In this document: positions 20,192 to 30,940 of the stretch, piece by piece
Layout of the letters: every line of letters starts with the position of its first letter
Position numbering within the stretch: position 1 is the first letter of the stretch
NCBI GenBank assembly: GCA_963812155.1
Contig: CAWETW010000001.1
Coordinates: 805,689 to 869,688 of the forward strand
Origin: Vulcanimicrobiota bacterium
GTDB lineage: Bacteria; Vulcanimicrobiota; Vulcanimicrobiia; Vulcanimicrobiales; Vulcanimicrobiaceae
Reading direction: 5' to 3'
Length of the DNA stretch: 64,000 nt
Translations under genes and position numbers: made by a program
Notes under the pieces: generated by a model
The model's database searches: none
What the model saw: only the letters and a program-made list of their open reading frames with translations
What the model was told of the DNA's origin: nothing

Positions 20192-22720
20192 TCAGGGTGA
20201 CGTCGGAGTAGCGGGGGCGGCAATCGTCGCGCGGGCCTCCAGAGCCTGCTGCGCCAACGCCCGCAGCGCTTCCAGATGCGCTTGCGTCAACTCGTTGAGA
20301 TTCGAACGGTGCAGCGCAGTCGACGAGGCGTTCACCAGATGCTCGAGCTGCAACCGCGCCAGCGCCTGAGCGTCGGGCGGCGTACCGGGGGCCGGAGAGG
20401 TCCACAGCTTTGCCAACCGTTTGGCAAAGCTCACTTGCGCGTTGCGCAGTACGACGCCGGCTTGCACCGCCTTGCCGTTTTCGATGTCGCCGAAAATGCC
20501 GTCGCGCGTCCAGTCGAAGAGATCCGTGAGCGTCATCGTCGCGCCGGGATCGTACTTGGTAGAGAGGTCGTCGATACGAGAAAGCGTCAACGGCGCGAAG
20601 AGTTCGCCGAGCACGCTTTCCTGCGTCGCGCCGGCGATGCCGACGACGTCGACGTCGTGCCGCGGCGTCGGATTGTACACCCACGTTCCGCCCGGTCCCA
20701 GCGAACTCACTTCGCGATAGGTCAGCAGCCGAAGGACGCGCGGATTGAAGCGCCATGCGGCATCCGAGAACAGCGCATTTTGCAGCACTCGCCACGCCTG
20801 GTATTCGTCGCGGCGCGAAACCGGCGTAAGCGGCGTCGAGGCGTGCGGATCGCCCGCATTCGCTCGCGACACGTACTCTCCACCGATGATATGCGCCGGC
20901 ATCGCGGCGAAGCGCGTGTAGTAACGCAGCGGCGTCAAAAAGGCACGGCGCGCTTCCTCGTAGGCCTGCCCTTGCCTGGGAAAACGCCGGTTCACCGCAT
21001 TCATGATGCCGTGGAGCATCGTCAGTTGCATCTGCTCCCACGCGAGCGGATGGTTCGTTAGATCGTCCTGCTGCACGCGCGGATCGATCGCATGCCCGTT
21101 ATTGAAGAACGCATCCTCGTCGGAGGCAAAGCGGTACATCGGGTCGGCCCAGCGCGAGGCCCAGCCGTTGAGCGTACGCACCTCCGCTTCGGGTTTGCTC
21201 GCGTTCGGAACGTATGCGTAGCCGAAGTGCACCGCGTAGTAGTCGTACGGCCCGAGCACGAGCTGCTCGTAGTTGCCCTGGGGCGTGCCTTTGGGCCAGA
21301 GGTTGATCGGCGCGTACTCCATCACCGAGGTCGCGACGCCGTGCGTGCTCGTAAACGAGGTGTCTTGCAGTTCGTGAGCCGTGTAGGCCATCGAACCGAT
21401 GAAGTTGTGCTGCAGGCCGAGATCGTGCCCCGATTCGTGCAACACGACCGCGCGAATCTCCCGAAGCGTGAACGCTTGCTCGAGCGACGTGCTGTCGGAC
21501 AACCCGCGCGCCGGCGCGACGACGTAACGATACGCCCGGAGGCCCAGCCCCTCGACCGCATCGATGTTGATGCCGGCGTTGATCTCCTCGCCCGTGCGCG
21601 GATCGGTGATGACCAGCGCCTCCGCGCCGTACTGCGGAATCGGCGCGTCGAACCAGCTCACCATGTTGTGCCGGATGTCGTCGACGTCGAAACTCGGATC
21701 GTCGGGTTGCTGCACGACTTGCACGGCGTTGAGAATCCCGATCCGCGCGAACGCCGCGTTCCACGTCAGCAGCGCGTTGCGAACGGTGTCGCGGTACGCG
21801 ACCGGAACGTCGTTGCTGAGGGTGAAGACGAGCGGATTCTTGGCCTGCGACGTCGTGCCGGGATGCTCGGGCATGAAATTCCAGCGGCTGAGATAGTACA
21901 CGTTGCGCGTCGGACTGGTATCGTTTTGGAAGTCGATGAGCGGCTGTTCGAAGTACCCGACGCGCGGATCCGCGATCCGCGGCATGTAACCGTTGCTCGG
22001 CGCAGCGATGATATTGTAGGTCATCTTGACTTCGATGCTGCGCGCGTCGGGCGCGTTGTCGATCGTATCCGGAGACCCGCTGGCCCACGTCTGACTCACC
22101 CGCAGAATCGTATTTTGCGGGAAGGCTTTCGCGTCGAGGAAGAACGATCGCGACGTATCCAGCCGATAGGCATGCGCCGGATTGGGAGCGATCGAATCGA
22201 ATTGCGCTGCGAAATTTGCGACGTCGCCTAAGAAGGGCGCCGCCGGAATGACCACGAGCGACGGCGATTCGGCAACGATGGGAACGACCGCGATGACCGA
22301 GCTCGGCAGCGATGCGGCTTCGCTGATCTCCGCCGGGTTACCGCGATCGGCGCGCGCAAACGTATTCGGCCAACGCATGACGACCGTGTCCTCGACGCGC
22401 TCGAAACGCATGATGCGCGCGGGTGCGACGTACGGCTCGCCGGGCGCCGGCCCGAATCCGCCGAGTCCGGTCGCGGGAACGGAGGTCTCAACGAAATCCT
22501 GTCCCAGCTGGCTTTTCTGCAGCACGAGATAGACTTTACCGCCCTTGCGAAGGATCGAGACGAGACCCGGGATGACCTTGGCGTCGCGAACGAAGGCGTC
22601 GTAGTTGGCCGGCGCCCCGGCGGGCGTGGCCGGTGGCGGCGTCGGCGTTGCAGCCTGCGACGCGCCGGAAAACGCAAAAGCGAACGCAAGACAAAGAAAA
22701 AGACGGTAGACCCGTTTCAT
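20192..22720 (-). CDS. Secreted zinc-dependent metalloprotease (DUF5117/DUF4953-type)
   Basis: Signal peptide, PRIADPRVGYF, HESGHDLGLQHNF, SVMEY Met-turn, GPYDYYAVHFGY. Confidence 0.9.
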   Translation of the reverse strand: MKRVYRLFLCLAFAFAFSGASQAATPTPPPATPAGAPANYDAFVRDAKVIPGLVSILRKGGKVYLVLQKSQLGQDFVETSVPATGLGGFGPAPGEPYVAPARIMRFERVEDTVVMRWPNTFARADRGNPAEISEAASLPSSVIAVVPIVAESPSLVVIPAAPFLGDVANFAAQFDSIAPNPAHAYRLDTSRSFFLDAKAFPQNTILRVSQTWASGSPDTIDNAPDARSIEVKMTYNIIAAPSNGYMPRIADPRVGYFEQPLIDFQNDTSPTRNVYYLSRWNFMPEHPGTTSQAKNPLVFTLSNDVPVAYRDTVRNALLTWNAAFARIGILNAVQVVQQPDDPSFDVDDIRHNMVSWFDAPIPQYGAEALVITDPRTGEEINAGINIDAVEGLGLRAYRYVVAPARGLSDSTSLEQAFTLREIRAVVLHESGHDLGLQHNFIGSMAYTAHELQDTSFTSTHGVATSVMEYAPINLWPKGTPQGNYEQLVLGPYDYYAVHFGYAYVPNASKPEAEVRTLNGWASRWADPMYRFASDEDAFFNNGHAIDPRVQQDDLTNHPLAWEQMQLTMLHGIMNAVNRRFPRQGQAYEEARRAFLTPLRYYTRFAAMPAHIIGGEYVSRANAGDPHASTPLTPVSRRDEYQAWRVLQNALFSDAAWRFNPRVLRLLTYREVSSLGPGGTWVYNPTPRHDVDVVGIAGATQESVLGELFAPLTLSRIDDLSTKYDPGATMTLTDLFDWTRDGIFGDIENGKAVQAGVVLRNAQVSFAKRLAKLWTSPAPGTPPDAQALARLQLEHLVNASSTALHRSNLNELTQAHLEALRALAQQALEARATIAAPATPTSP

Positions 22721-22859
22721 TCGAAAACCTCCGCAAATCCGGGCCTTCGGCGCTTCCGCGAAGCGTTCATTCCAAGGAGCGGCTGGGCGGCCGTGACGTA
22801 TGCGCCAAAGCGACCAGCGAGCCGCAACGAGATCGTTGGAATACGCCGCAAGCGGGCGC

Positions 22860-24072
22860 CTATGCAGGCGGGTGAGGCTCCGTGAGGATTCCGAGCGATT
22901 CGCCGACGCTTTGGAACGCGCTCAGCGCGCGGTCCATTTCGTCGCGCGTGAGCGCGGCGCTGATCTGCACGCGAATTCTGGCGGTGCCTTCCGGCACGAC
23001 CGGATACCCGAAGCCGGTTACGAAAACGCCGCGTTTGAGAAGCTCGTCGCTCATCGAGATCGCGAACGCCGTTTCGCCGACGATGATCGGAACGATCGCG
23101 CTTTCTCCCGGCAGCGGCCGGTATCCGATACGCTCGAGACCGGCACGAAAGTACGCCGTGTTGTCGCGCAGCGTGTCAACGAGCTGCGGATGCGCGTCGA
23201 GATAGTCGATTGCTTCGAGCGCGCTGCACGCGACCGTGGCGGGCAAGGCGTTCGAAAAAAGCTGCGGCCGCGAACGCTGGATGAGCGTGTCGACGAGCGC
23301 ATCGCTGGCGGCGACAAAGCCGCCGGCCGCGCCGCCCAGCGCTTTGCCCAGCGTTCCCGTGATGACGTCGATTTCGCCGGTCAATCCGTAATGCTCGATG
23401 GTGCCGCGTCCGGTTTTACCCATGACGCCGGTTCCGTGCGAATCGTCCACGACGACGATGGCGCCGTGCGCGTGCGCGAGCGCGACGATCTCGGGGAGCT
23501 TCGCCAAATCGCCTTCCATCGAGAACACGCCGTCGGTTACGACGACGATCGGAAAGCAGCCGGCGACGCGCCTTCAACTTCTCTTCGAGATCGCGCATGT
23601 CGCTGTGCTTGTAGCGCTCGCGGCGCGCCTTGCTCGCGAGCCGCACGCCGTCGATGATCGAGGCGTGGTTCAACTCGTCTGAGACGATGGCCGAGCCTTG
23701 ATCGCAAATGGTCGCAAAAAGACCCGTGTTGGCATTCCAGCAGGCAACGTAGGAAAGCGAGGCTTCCGTACCGAGAAACGACGCGATCCGCTCTTCGAGC
23801 GTGCGATGGATATCGAACGTTCCGCAGATAAAGCGCACCGACGCGGTTCCGGCACCGTAGCGATCGAGCCCTCGTTTTCCGGCCTCGACCACTTCCGGCA
23901 AATCGGCAAGCCCGAGGTAGTTGTTGCTCGACAGCACGATGACGTCGCCCGCTTCTTCCATGTGCACTTCGGGCGCCATCGGAGTCGTGATGTGACGCAA
24001 GCGTTTGTAGGTCCCGGCACGCTTGAGCGCCTCGAGGTCGCCGCGGAGCTTCTCTTCGAACGCCTGATTCAT
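22860..24072 (-). CDS. kbl: Glycine C-acetyltransferase (2-amino-3-ketobutyrate CoA ligase), frameshift near 23560
   Basis: SNNYLGLA, SVRFICGT, NHASIIDG, FSMEG, VDDSH, GTLGKALGG; adjacent to tdh. Confidence 0.93.
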
Positions 24073-25118
24073 GGCTTTGCAACATCCCCTTTGAAATCGA
24101 GCACGATCTTTGCGGCTTCGCCGCTGCGCATCAATTCGAACGCTCGATCGAACTGCGTGTAGTGCAACACGTGCGTGATGATCGGCCGCAGGTCGACGCG
24201 GCCGCTCTTTACCAGCGCCTGCGTCTGGTACCACGTCTCGAACATGCGCCGGCCGTTAATTCCCAATACGGTCAGCCCCTTGAAGATGATGCGTTCGGCG
24301 AGATTGATGTTGACCGCATCGGAAGGAATGCCCAGCAGCGCCGCGGTCCCCCCGTTACGCACCATTTGCAAACCGGCATCGATTGCCGGTCCGCTGCCCG
24401 ACATCTCGAGCAGCACGTCGACGCCGTCGCCGTTGGTCAGCGCTTTGATCTCGTCGACGAGTTCGGGTCTTCCGGCGAGGAAGGTCGCGTCGGCACCGAG
24501 GCGCTCGGCCAGCGCAAGCTTCGCCGGATTGACGTCAACGGCGTAGACCGCCGACGCTCCCGCCGCGCGCGCGACCGGAATCGCCATCAGGCCGATCGAT
24601 CCCACGCCCGTGATCGCGACGCTTTTGACGCTGACGCCGGCCGACATCACGGTATGCACCGCGTTGCCGAGCGGATCGAAAATCGCCGCGAACTCGTCGG
24701 GAATTGCCGGGTCGAGCTTCCACACATTGTACTCGGGTACCGCGACGTACTCGGCGAACGCGCCGTCCCGGTCGACGCCGATGATCTCGACGCGCTCGCA
24801 GATGTGCGCCTGGCCGGTACGGCACAATAAGCACGTGAGATCGACCACGTGCCCTTCCGCCGACACGCGGTCGCCGATACGAATCGAGCGCACGGCGTCG
24901 CCGACCGCGGCGACCGTCCCCATGAACTCGTGGCCTACCACGATGGGAGGGCGAATCCGAGCCTGTGCCCAGGAATCCCAGGTATATATGTGGAGGTCGG
25001 TCCCGCACACGCCGGCCTTCTCGACGCGAATCAAGACGTCGGTTGGCCCAATCTCCGGAACCGGCAGGTCTTTCAAAGTAAAACCGGGCTGGGGGCCCGA
25101 CTTTGAGAGCGCTTTCAT
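24069..25118 (-). CDS. tdh: L-threonine 3-dehydrogenase
   Basis: CGTDLHIY, GHEF, DPLGNAVHT, LEMSG, GINGRRMFETW. Confidence 0.95.
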   Translation of the reverse strand: MKALSKSGPQPGFTLKDLPVPEIGPTDVLIRVEKAGVCGTDLHIYTWDSWAQARIRPPIVVGHEFMGTVAAVGDAVRSIRIGDRVSAEGHVVDLTCLLCRTGQAHICERVEIIGVDRDGAFAEYVAVPEYNVWKLDPAIPDEFAAIFDPLGNAVHTVMSAGVSVKSVAITGVGSIGLMAIPVARAAGASAVYAVDVNPAKLALAERLGADATFLAGRPELVDEIKALTNGDGVDVLLEMSGSGPAIDAGLQMVRNGGTAALLGIPSDAVNINLAERIIFKGLTVLGINGRRMFETWYQTQALVKSGRVDLRPIITHVLHYTQFDRAFELMRSGEAAKIVLDFKGDVAKP

Positions 25119-25306
25119 GAAAGGCACGGCGGCCGAAGGTATACCACCTCAGGCCGCCGCGTTCATTTCTCCGGGAAGCCGCCTCGCGCCCCACATCGGT
25201 GTCGGCGAGGGCCTCGATTACCACCGTAGTAAACTTCGGCCCTCGCCTCCTGGATCTGGGGCACGATGCGGCTTCCCGCAAACGTTCACGATTCGTTGCC
25301 GTTAGG

Positions 25307-26971
25307 CTAGAAGTCGTATTCGAGTTGGGCGCGGTTGTATTTGAAGAGCGGCAGGCCGCCGAGATATTGCGAGCCGCTCGACGCGCCGGCGGGGCACGTC
25401 GTGTCGGAAGCGCCGCAATACGTGTTTTGGATGTTCCGCACGAAATACCGGTCGCGAAGCATCAGGCCTTTATACGGGCCGGTGCCTTTATACGGGCTGA
25501 ATCGGTAGATGCCGTCGAGATCGTACTCGTTCGTGTTGGCATTCGGCGCGGCCGCGTTGCCGTAGTTGAGCCAGCCGTACGCCGCGAGAAACACGAGGCG
25601 GTTGTTGTTCGAGGTGAACGTCGCGACCAGCCGTTCCGAGGTGCCGGCCGAGCGCCGCTCGATCATTCCTTGCGAACCGTTGGTCGTAAAGAACGGATCG
25701 GCGGTATAGTTATCGGTATACGGACTTGCCCAGCCGCCGTAATACACGTTCGTCGTCCCGTTGGTGTTGTTCGAACACTGGCCCGTGCCGTTATTGACCA
25801 GCGGCAGAAAATACGCCAGGGTCGCACCCTTCGCGGTGATTTGATTCGTGCTGCTGCTGCAGCTGACCCCGTGCGGCAACACGATCGTATCGTTGTGCCA
25901 CGGCAGCGTATCGAAGCCGAACGACAGGAGCACGTTCTTCGCAACGTTTGCGCCGATCTGTGCGCCGAACACCTGGCTATCAATCTTGCCTAGGAACGAC
26001 GCGCCGGCGTTGCTCTCGGTTCCGCCTTGCAGCGCGATGAACGGTTTGACTTTGCTTTCCCCAAACGTGTACTTGCCGTCGAACCACCAAATGTTCATGA
26101 GATCGCTGACGCTGTAGAAATATCCGTTCGCGACGATGCCGGTCGAAGCGTCGTTGTAGCCGGCTCTACCGTAGAAGAAGCCGTTCGTCTGAATGAAGTT
26201 ACCGCCGGGTACGTAGATGTTCGCCGGTAGCCCCGAGTTGCCGGCGGGGTACGACGTCAACAGCGTATTGCTTTGAAACGTGGAGCTCGTGCGGTTTTCG
26301 AACTGAATCATGTCTGCCGCCTCGAACGTCCAATGCTTCACTCCGGTGAACGCCACGTCGGCACCTTGGAAGGCCTCCGGTTTGAGCCGCGTGTCGGCCG
26401 GACCGGCCCAAGGCGACGTGAAGAGCTGATCGCCGGCCTTGGCATACCAACTCGCGTTGCGGAAACCGAGGTACGCTTCGTAGAACGTGCTCAATGCGAA
26501 GCCTGGCAGCGTATCGTCGGGGTTCGTATTTGGAGGTGCCTGGCTCACGCAGGGTTTGCCCTTTGCGTGCGAGGCTGCAAACGAACACGGACCGTCGAGC
26601 GGATTGGAATAGAGGTACGAGCCGCCGATGAAGACGCCGCCCATGTCCGGAAACCGATACTCGCCATGGAGCGACATCGAGGAGCTCCACGTCGCCTGAT
26701 TGACGCCCGTGCTGCTGTATTTCGCGCCGGGCGTGAAATTGAACTGAGCGCCGGGATTGTTCGACGCGTTTTGCCGGGTGAAGTAGTACGATCGAAACGT
26801 ACCGCTCCATTGGAACGGGCTGGCCGTCGGCTTGGGAGCAGGCTGCGTTTGTGCGACGGTGGCGCCCGTCCCTAACGGCCTAGCGGGAGCGGCCGGATCG
26901 GCCAGGGCGGTCGCGGTGCAGACGACGGTTGCCAGCCCGACGAGGCCCAGCCGTGCGCTGGTGGTCAGCAT
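25307..26971 (-). CDS. Putative outer-membrane porin (OprD/Opr-like), paralog 2
   Basis: Signal peptide, RSYYF, EAYL, KAGDQLFTSPW, DTRLKPEAFQG, C-terminal RAQLEYDF. Confidence 0.7.
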   Translation of the reverse strand: MLTTSARLGLVGLATVVCTATALADPAAPARPLGTGATVAQTQPAPKPTASPFQWSGTFRSYYFTRQNASNNPGAQFNFTPGAKYSSTGVNQATWSSSMSLHGEYRFPDMGGVFIGGSYLYSNPLDGPCSFAASHAKGKPCVSQAPPNTNPDDTLPGFALSTFYEAYLGFRNASWYAKAGDQLFTSPWAGPADTRLKPEAFQGADVAFTGVKHWTFEAADMIQFENRTSSTFQSNTLLTSYPAGNSGLPANIYVPGGNFIQTNGFFYGRAGYNDASTGIVANGYFYSVSDLMNIWWFDGKYTFGESKVKPFIALQGGTESNAGASFLGKIDSQVFGAQIGANVAKNVLLSFGFDTLPWHNDTIVLPHGVSCSSSTNQITAKGATLAYFLPLVNNGTGQCSNNTNGTTNVYYGGWASPYTDNYTADPFFTTNGSQGMIERRSAGTSERLVATFTSNNNRLVFLAAYGWLNYGNAAAPNANTNEYDLDGIYRFSPYKGTGPYKGLMLRDRYFVRNIQNTYCGASDTTCPAGASSGSQYLGGLPLFKYNRAQLEYDF

Positions 26972-27059
26972 AAAGAAAGGTGTCTCCTTCAAGAAAAGTT
27001 GACTAATCTTTCTTTATGCAGGCATGTATTGATGACCTTGGTCAAAAAAGCAAAATTTC

Positions 27060-27091
27060 AGGACCGCCCGGAGACGAGGCCGGGCGGTCCT
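27060..27091 (-). terminator. Terminator hairpin between the porin genes
   Basis: AGGACCGCCCGG/CCGGGCGGTCCT stem with a T-rich run following on the minus strand. Confidence 0.65.
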
Positions 27092-27111
27092 CTGGGGGCC
27101 TGACGACCGGG

Positions 27112-28771
27112 TTAGAAGTCGTATTCGAGCTGCGCGCGATTGTACTTGAAGAGCGGTAAGCCGCCGAGATAGGAGCTTCCAATCGACGCTCCGGCTGGGC
27201 ACGACGTTGCGGAAGCGCCGCAAAACGTGTTCGACTCGGCGCGCTGTGCGTAGCGATACCGCAATAACAATCCCTTATAGCGGCTGCCGGTCACCGGGCT
27301 GAAGTGGTACTGTCCGTCGAGCGTCCACTCGTTGGTGTTTTCACCGACGAGTGCGTTGCCGTAGTTGTACCACGCATCGCTCGCGACGAAAATCCAGCGC
27401 TTGTTCGTCGACGTATACGTCGCGGCGGCTTTCCACGACGTCCCCGGAGCGCGACGATCCGCCATGCCTTGCGAGATCGACGTCGTGAAGAACGGATCGG
27501 TCGCGTAGTTGTCGGTATACGGACTCGCCCATCCGCCGTAGTAGACGTTCGTGCTGCCGTTGGGTTGCGGTAAAGCAGACGCCGGCTTGCCCCGACGAAC
27601 CGCCGTTACCCGGCAAGAAGTAGCCGAGCGTCGCGCCTTTAGCCGAGATTTGATAGGTGGAGTTGTTGCACGTCACGCCGTGCGGCAACGCGACGTTGTC
27701 GGTCTGCCACGGGATCGAATCGAAACCGACGGTCAGCAGCACGTTCGGCGTGACGTTGGCGCCGAGTTGCACGCCGATATCCGAGCTGCGTATTTTTCCG
27801 ATATACGAGGCCCCGGCATTGCTCTCGACACCGCCCTGCAGCGCGATGAACGGCTGCACTTTGCTCGTCGACATCGTGTACTTGCCGTCGAACCACCACA
27901 TATTCAGCAGCGACGAGACGCCGTAGAAATATCCGTTTAGCGAATAGTCGCTGCCCTTGGGAGCGTACCCGACGCGCGCGTATGCAAAGCCGTTCGTGTT
28001 GATGTTTCCGCCGCCCGGCACGTAGATGTTTGCAGCCATGCCGCCTCCGCCGGCCGGAAACGACGTGAGCAGCGTCGTGCTGCCGAACGTATTGCTCGTG
28101 CGGTTCTCGAACTGAATCATATCGGCGGCTTCGAATAGCCACGCGTTGCCGAGTGCGTACGACACGTCGGCACCCTGATAGGCAACCGGCTTGAGGCGCG
28201 TCCCGTCGTACGGAGCGGCCCAAGGCGACGTGAAGAGCTGATCGCCGACCTTCCCGTTCAGCCCGTAGCCCGAATAGGCGAGATAGGCTTCGGGAAACGT
28301 GCTCAGTGCGAATCCCGGCAAGGTATCGTCCGGGTTCGTGTTCGGCGGCGATTGCGTTACGCACGGCATGCCGTGCGCGTGCGTCGTCGCGACGGTGCAC
28401 GGTCCGGCAATCGGATTGGCGTAGAAATACGAACCGCCGACGTACCAGCCGCCTCCGGCGAAGTGATAGTCGACGTGCAAATCGATGGCATTGTTGAGAG
28501 ACGCCTGGTTCACGCCGTTCGAATTATATTTTGCTCCGGGCGAGAAATTGAACTGCGTGCCGGGATTATTGGACGCATTTTGCCGCGTGAAGTAGTACGA
28601 ACGGAAGAATCCGCGGTACGTGAACGGACTCGGCGACGGTTTCGGAGCCGGTTCGGCTTGGGCAACCTTCGCGGGCGCCGGTGTGGCCGTCGTTTCCGCC
28701 GGCGCGAGCGCGAAGCTCCCCAGAGCCAACACTGCTGCCAGAAATCCCGCGCGTGCGACGAGGTGGTGCAC
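27112..28771 (-). CDS. Putative outer-membrane porin, paralog 1; frameshift near 27565
   Basis: ORFs 27341..28771 and 27112..27465 together align end to end with paralog 2; identical YLGGLPLFKYNRAQLEYDF end. Confidence 0.7.
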
Positions 28772-28805
28772 GGAAGGCTCCTTCGAGGTTGACGAGGACG
28801 CCCTC

Positions 28806-28849
28806 AGTCTATCCGGCTGCGATTAAGCGTTCGTTAAGTCGAGTTTAAG
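28806..28849 (-). promoter_or_regulatory. Pho-box-like promoter: three CTTAA repeats at 11-bp period plus TAGACT -10
   Basis: TTAAG on + strand at 28823, 28834, 28845; AGTCTA at 28806-28811. Confidence 0.7.
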
Positions 28850-28870
28850 ACCAATGGATGCTTCGCCATC

Positions 28871-29692
28871 TCAACCAAACCGTCCGGTGATGTAGTCTTC
28901 GGTCCGCTTGTCGCGGGGCTTGGTGAATACCGACGACGTCGTGTCGCTCTCGACCATGTCGCCCAGCAAAAAGAACGCCGTGTAGTCGCTGATGCGGGCC
29001 GCCTGCTGCATCGAGTGCGTGACGATGACGACGGTGTATTCGCGCTTGAGCACCTCGATCAAATCCTCGATCTTGCTCGTCGCAATGGGGTCGAGCGCGG
29101 AGGCCGGCTCGTCCATCAAGATCACTTCCGGGTCGACGGCGAGGCAGCGCGCGATGCAGAGTCGCTGTTGCTGACCGCCGGAAAGATCGAGCGCAGAACG
29201 GTGCAGCCGGTCTTTGACCTCCTCCCACAGCGCCGCCCGGCGCAAGCTGCGCTCGCAAATGTCGTTCAGAACGCCCTTGCGCCGTTCGCCGTGGACGGCC
29301 GGCCCATACGTGACGTTGTCGAAAATGCTTTTCGGAAACGGGTTCGGCCGTTGAAACACCATGCCGATGCGGTGGCGGATCGTCACCGGATCGATCTCCG
29401 GCGCGTAGATGTCGCTGCCGTCGAGCAGCACCCGTCCGGTGACGCGCGCCCCCGGAGTCAGATCGTGCATCCGGTCCAAGGCCCGAATGAAGGTCGATTT
29501 TCCGCAGCCGGACGGTCCGATGAGTGCGGTGACGCAATTCCGGCGCATGTCGAGCGACACGTCTTTGAGCGCGCGAAACGTCCCGTACGAGACGTCGACG
29601 TGCTCGGCCTTGAGTTTGACGCTTTGCGAAAGGAGTGCCGGTTCCGGGTCGGACACGTGCATGGGCCGCGTTCTTTCGTCGCCGCTCGTCAC
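28871..29692 (-). CDS. pstB: Phosphate ABC transporter ATP-binding protein
   Basis: [57 protein letters not shown]. Confidence 0.97.
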   Translation of the reverse strand: MTSGDERTRPMHVSDPEPALLSQSVKLKAEHVDVSYGTFRALKDVSLDMRRNCVTALIGPSGCGKSTFIRALDRMHDLTPGARVTGRVLLDGSDIYAPEIDPVTIRHRIGMVFQRPNPFPKSIFDNVTYGPAVHGERRKGVLNDICERSLRRAALWEEVKDRLHRSALDLSGGQQQRLCIARCLAVDPEVILMDEPASALDPIATSKIEDLIEVLKREYTVVIVTHSMQQAARISDYTAFFLLGDMVESDTTSSVFTKPRDKRTEDYITGRFG

Positions 29693-30874
29693 TTACGCCT
29701 CTCGCTTGATGCGCATGATCGGCAACCGAATCGTAAACGTCGTGCCGCGTCCGAGGGTCGATTCGGCCGAAATCGCTCCGCCATGGGCGTCGACGATGCC
29801 TTTGACGATCGCCAATCCCAGCCCGGCACCACCGCTCTCGCGCCGACGGGAGCGGTCGACGACGTAAAAACGTTCGAAAATGCGCGGCACGTCGCGGTAC
29901 GGAATGCCTTCGCCGTTGTCGCGCACGCGAATGATGGCATCGCTATCGCGAGCGTCGATTTCGATTTTGACCCGGCCGTTTTGCGGCGTGTGGCGAATCG
30001 CATTGTCGATGAGGTTGACGAAGACTTGCGACAGCCGGTCGGGATCGGCTTCGACTTGCACCGGGCGCAGCGTCAGCAGTTCGAGTGCGACCCCTTTGTA
30101 CGCGGCCTGCGGTTCGAACGAACCGATGATGGGATGCGCGACTTCCTCGAGATCGATTTCGCGCAGTGCGAGTTTGAGTTGGCCGGACTCGGCACGCGCC
30201 TGTTCGAGGAGTTGCTGCACGAGCGCCGTGAGACGATCCGCTTCCGCGAGCGCCTGCGGCAAGAAAAGGTCGCGGGCTTCGTCGTCGGGCGACGCAATGA
30301 CGGTTTCGAGCATGAGCTTGATCGACGACAACGGCGTACGCAGCTCGTGCGAAACGTTGGAGAGAAACTCTTTCCCGGCGCGATCGAGTCGAACGAGCGC
30401 CGTTTGATCGTCGGCGAGCACGACGACGCTTTGCGCTGCGCGCGTTTCACCGACGAGCGGATAGACCGAGACGCGGTAGACGCGCTGGCCCTCGGCGCCG
30501 GTCAAGGTCAGGGGCGCAACCGAAGCCTCGCCGCGCATCGCGTCGTCGATCCGGCGCTCTACCTCCACGTTCGGGATCGCCTCGATCGCGTGCGAACCGA
30601 CGGCTCGCTCGGCATCGAATCCGAAGATCGCGCCGGCCGCCGGATTGGCGAACTCGACCCGGCATTGCGCGTCGGTGAGGACGATGCCGATCGGCAGCGC
30701 CCGCACCAGCCGCACGAAGGCCCCGTCGCCGGCATTCGGCCGTTCGGTGCGCTCCGGCGGCGCCGCTACGGCGGGAGGCCGCGGACGCCGCCGAAATGCC
30801 ATCGCCAGCAGCGCCCCGGCAATTGCGCCCGCGAAGAGTGCCAGGGGCACCGCCCACTGCAGCGCCGGCATCAA
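29693..30874 (-). CDS. phoR: PAS-domain sensor histidine kinase, PhoR-like
   Basis: TM, PAS, NVSHELRTPL, NLIDNA, DNGEGI, FERFY, GAGLGL; adjacent to pstB. Confidence 0.85.
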   Translation of the reverse strand: MMPALQWAVPLALFAGAIAGALLAMAFRRRPRPPAVAAPPERTERPNAGDGAFVRLVRALPIGIVLTDAQCRVEFANPAAGAIFGFDAERAVGSHAIEAIPNVEVERRIDDAMRGEASVAPLTLTGAEGQRVYRVSVYPLVGETRAAQSVVVLADDQTALVRLDRAGKEFLSNVSHELRTPLSSIKLMLETVIASPDDEARDLFLPQALAEADRLTALVQQLLEQARAESGQLKLALREIDLEEVAHPIIGSFEPQAAYKGVALELLTLRPVQVEADPDRLSQVFVNLIDNAIRHTPQNGRVKIEIDARDSDAIIRVRDNGEGIPYRDVPRIFERFYVVDRSRRRESGGAGLGLAIVKGIVDAHGGAISAESTLGRGTTFTIRLPIMRIKREA

Positions 30875-30883
30875 ATACGTCGG

Positions 30884-30940
30884 CTACACCTTGAACATGT
30901 AGCCGCGGCTGCGCACGGTGAGAATGTGTCGCGGCGTGCG
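30884..30940 (-). pseudogene. C-terminal tail of an OmpR/PhoB response regulator, cut at the junction
   Basis: Reads RTPRHILTVRSRGYMFKV-stop immediately upstream of the kinase. Confidence 0.85.
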
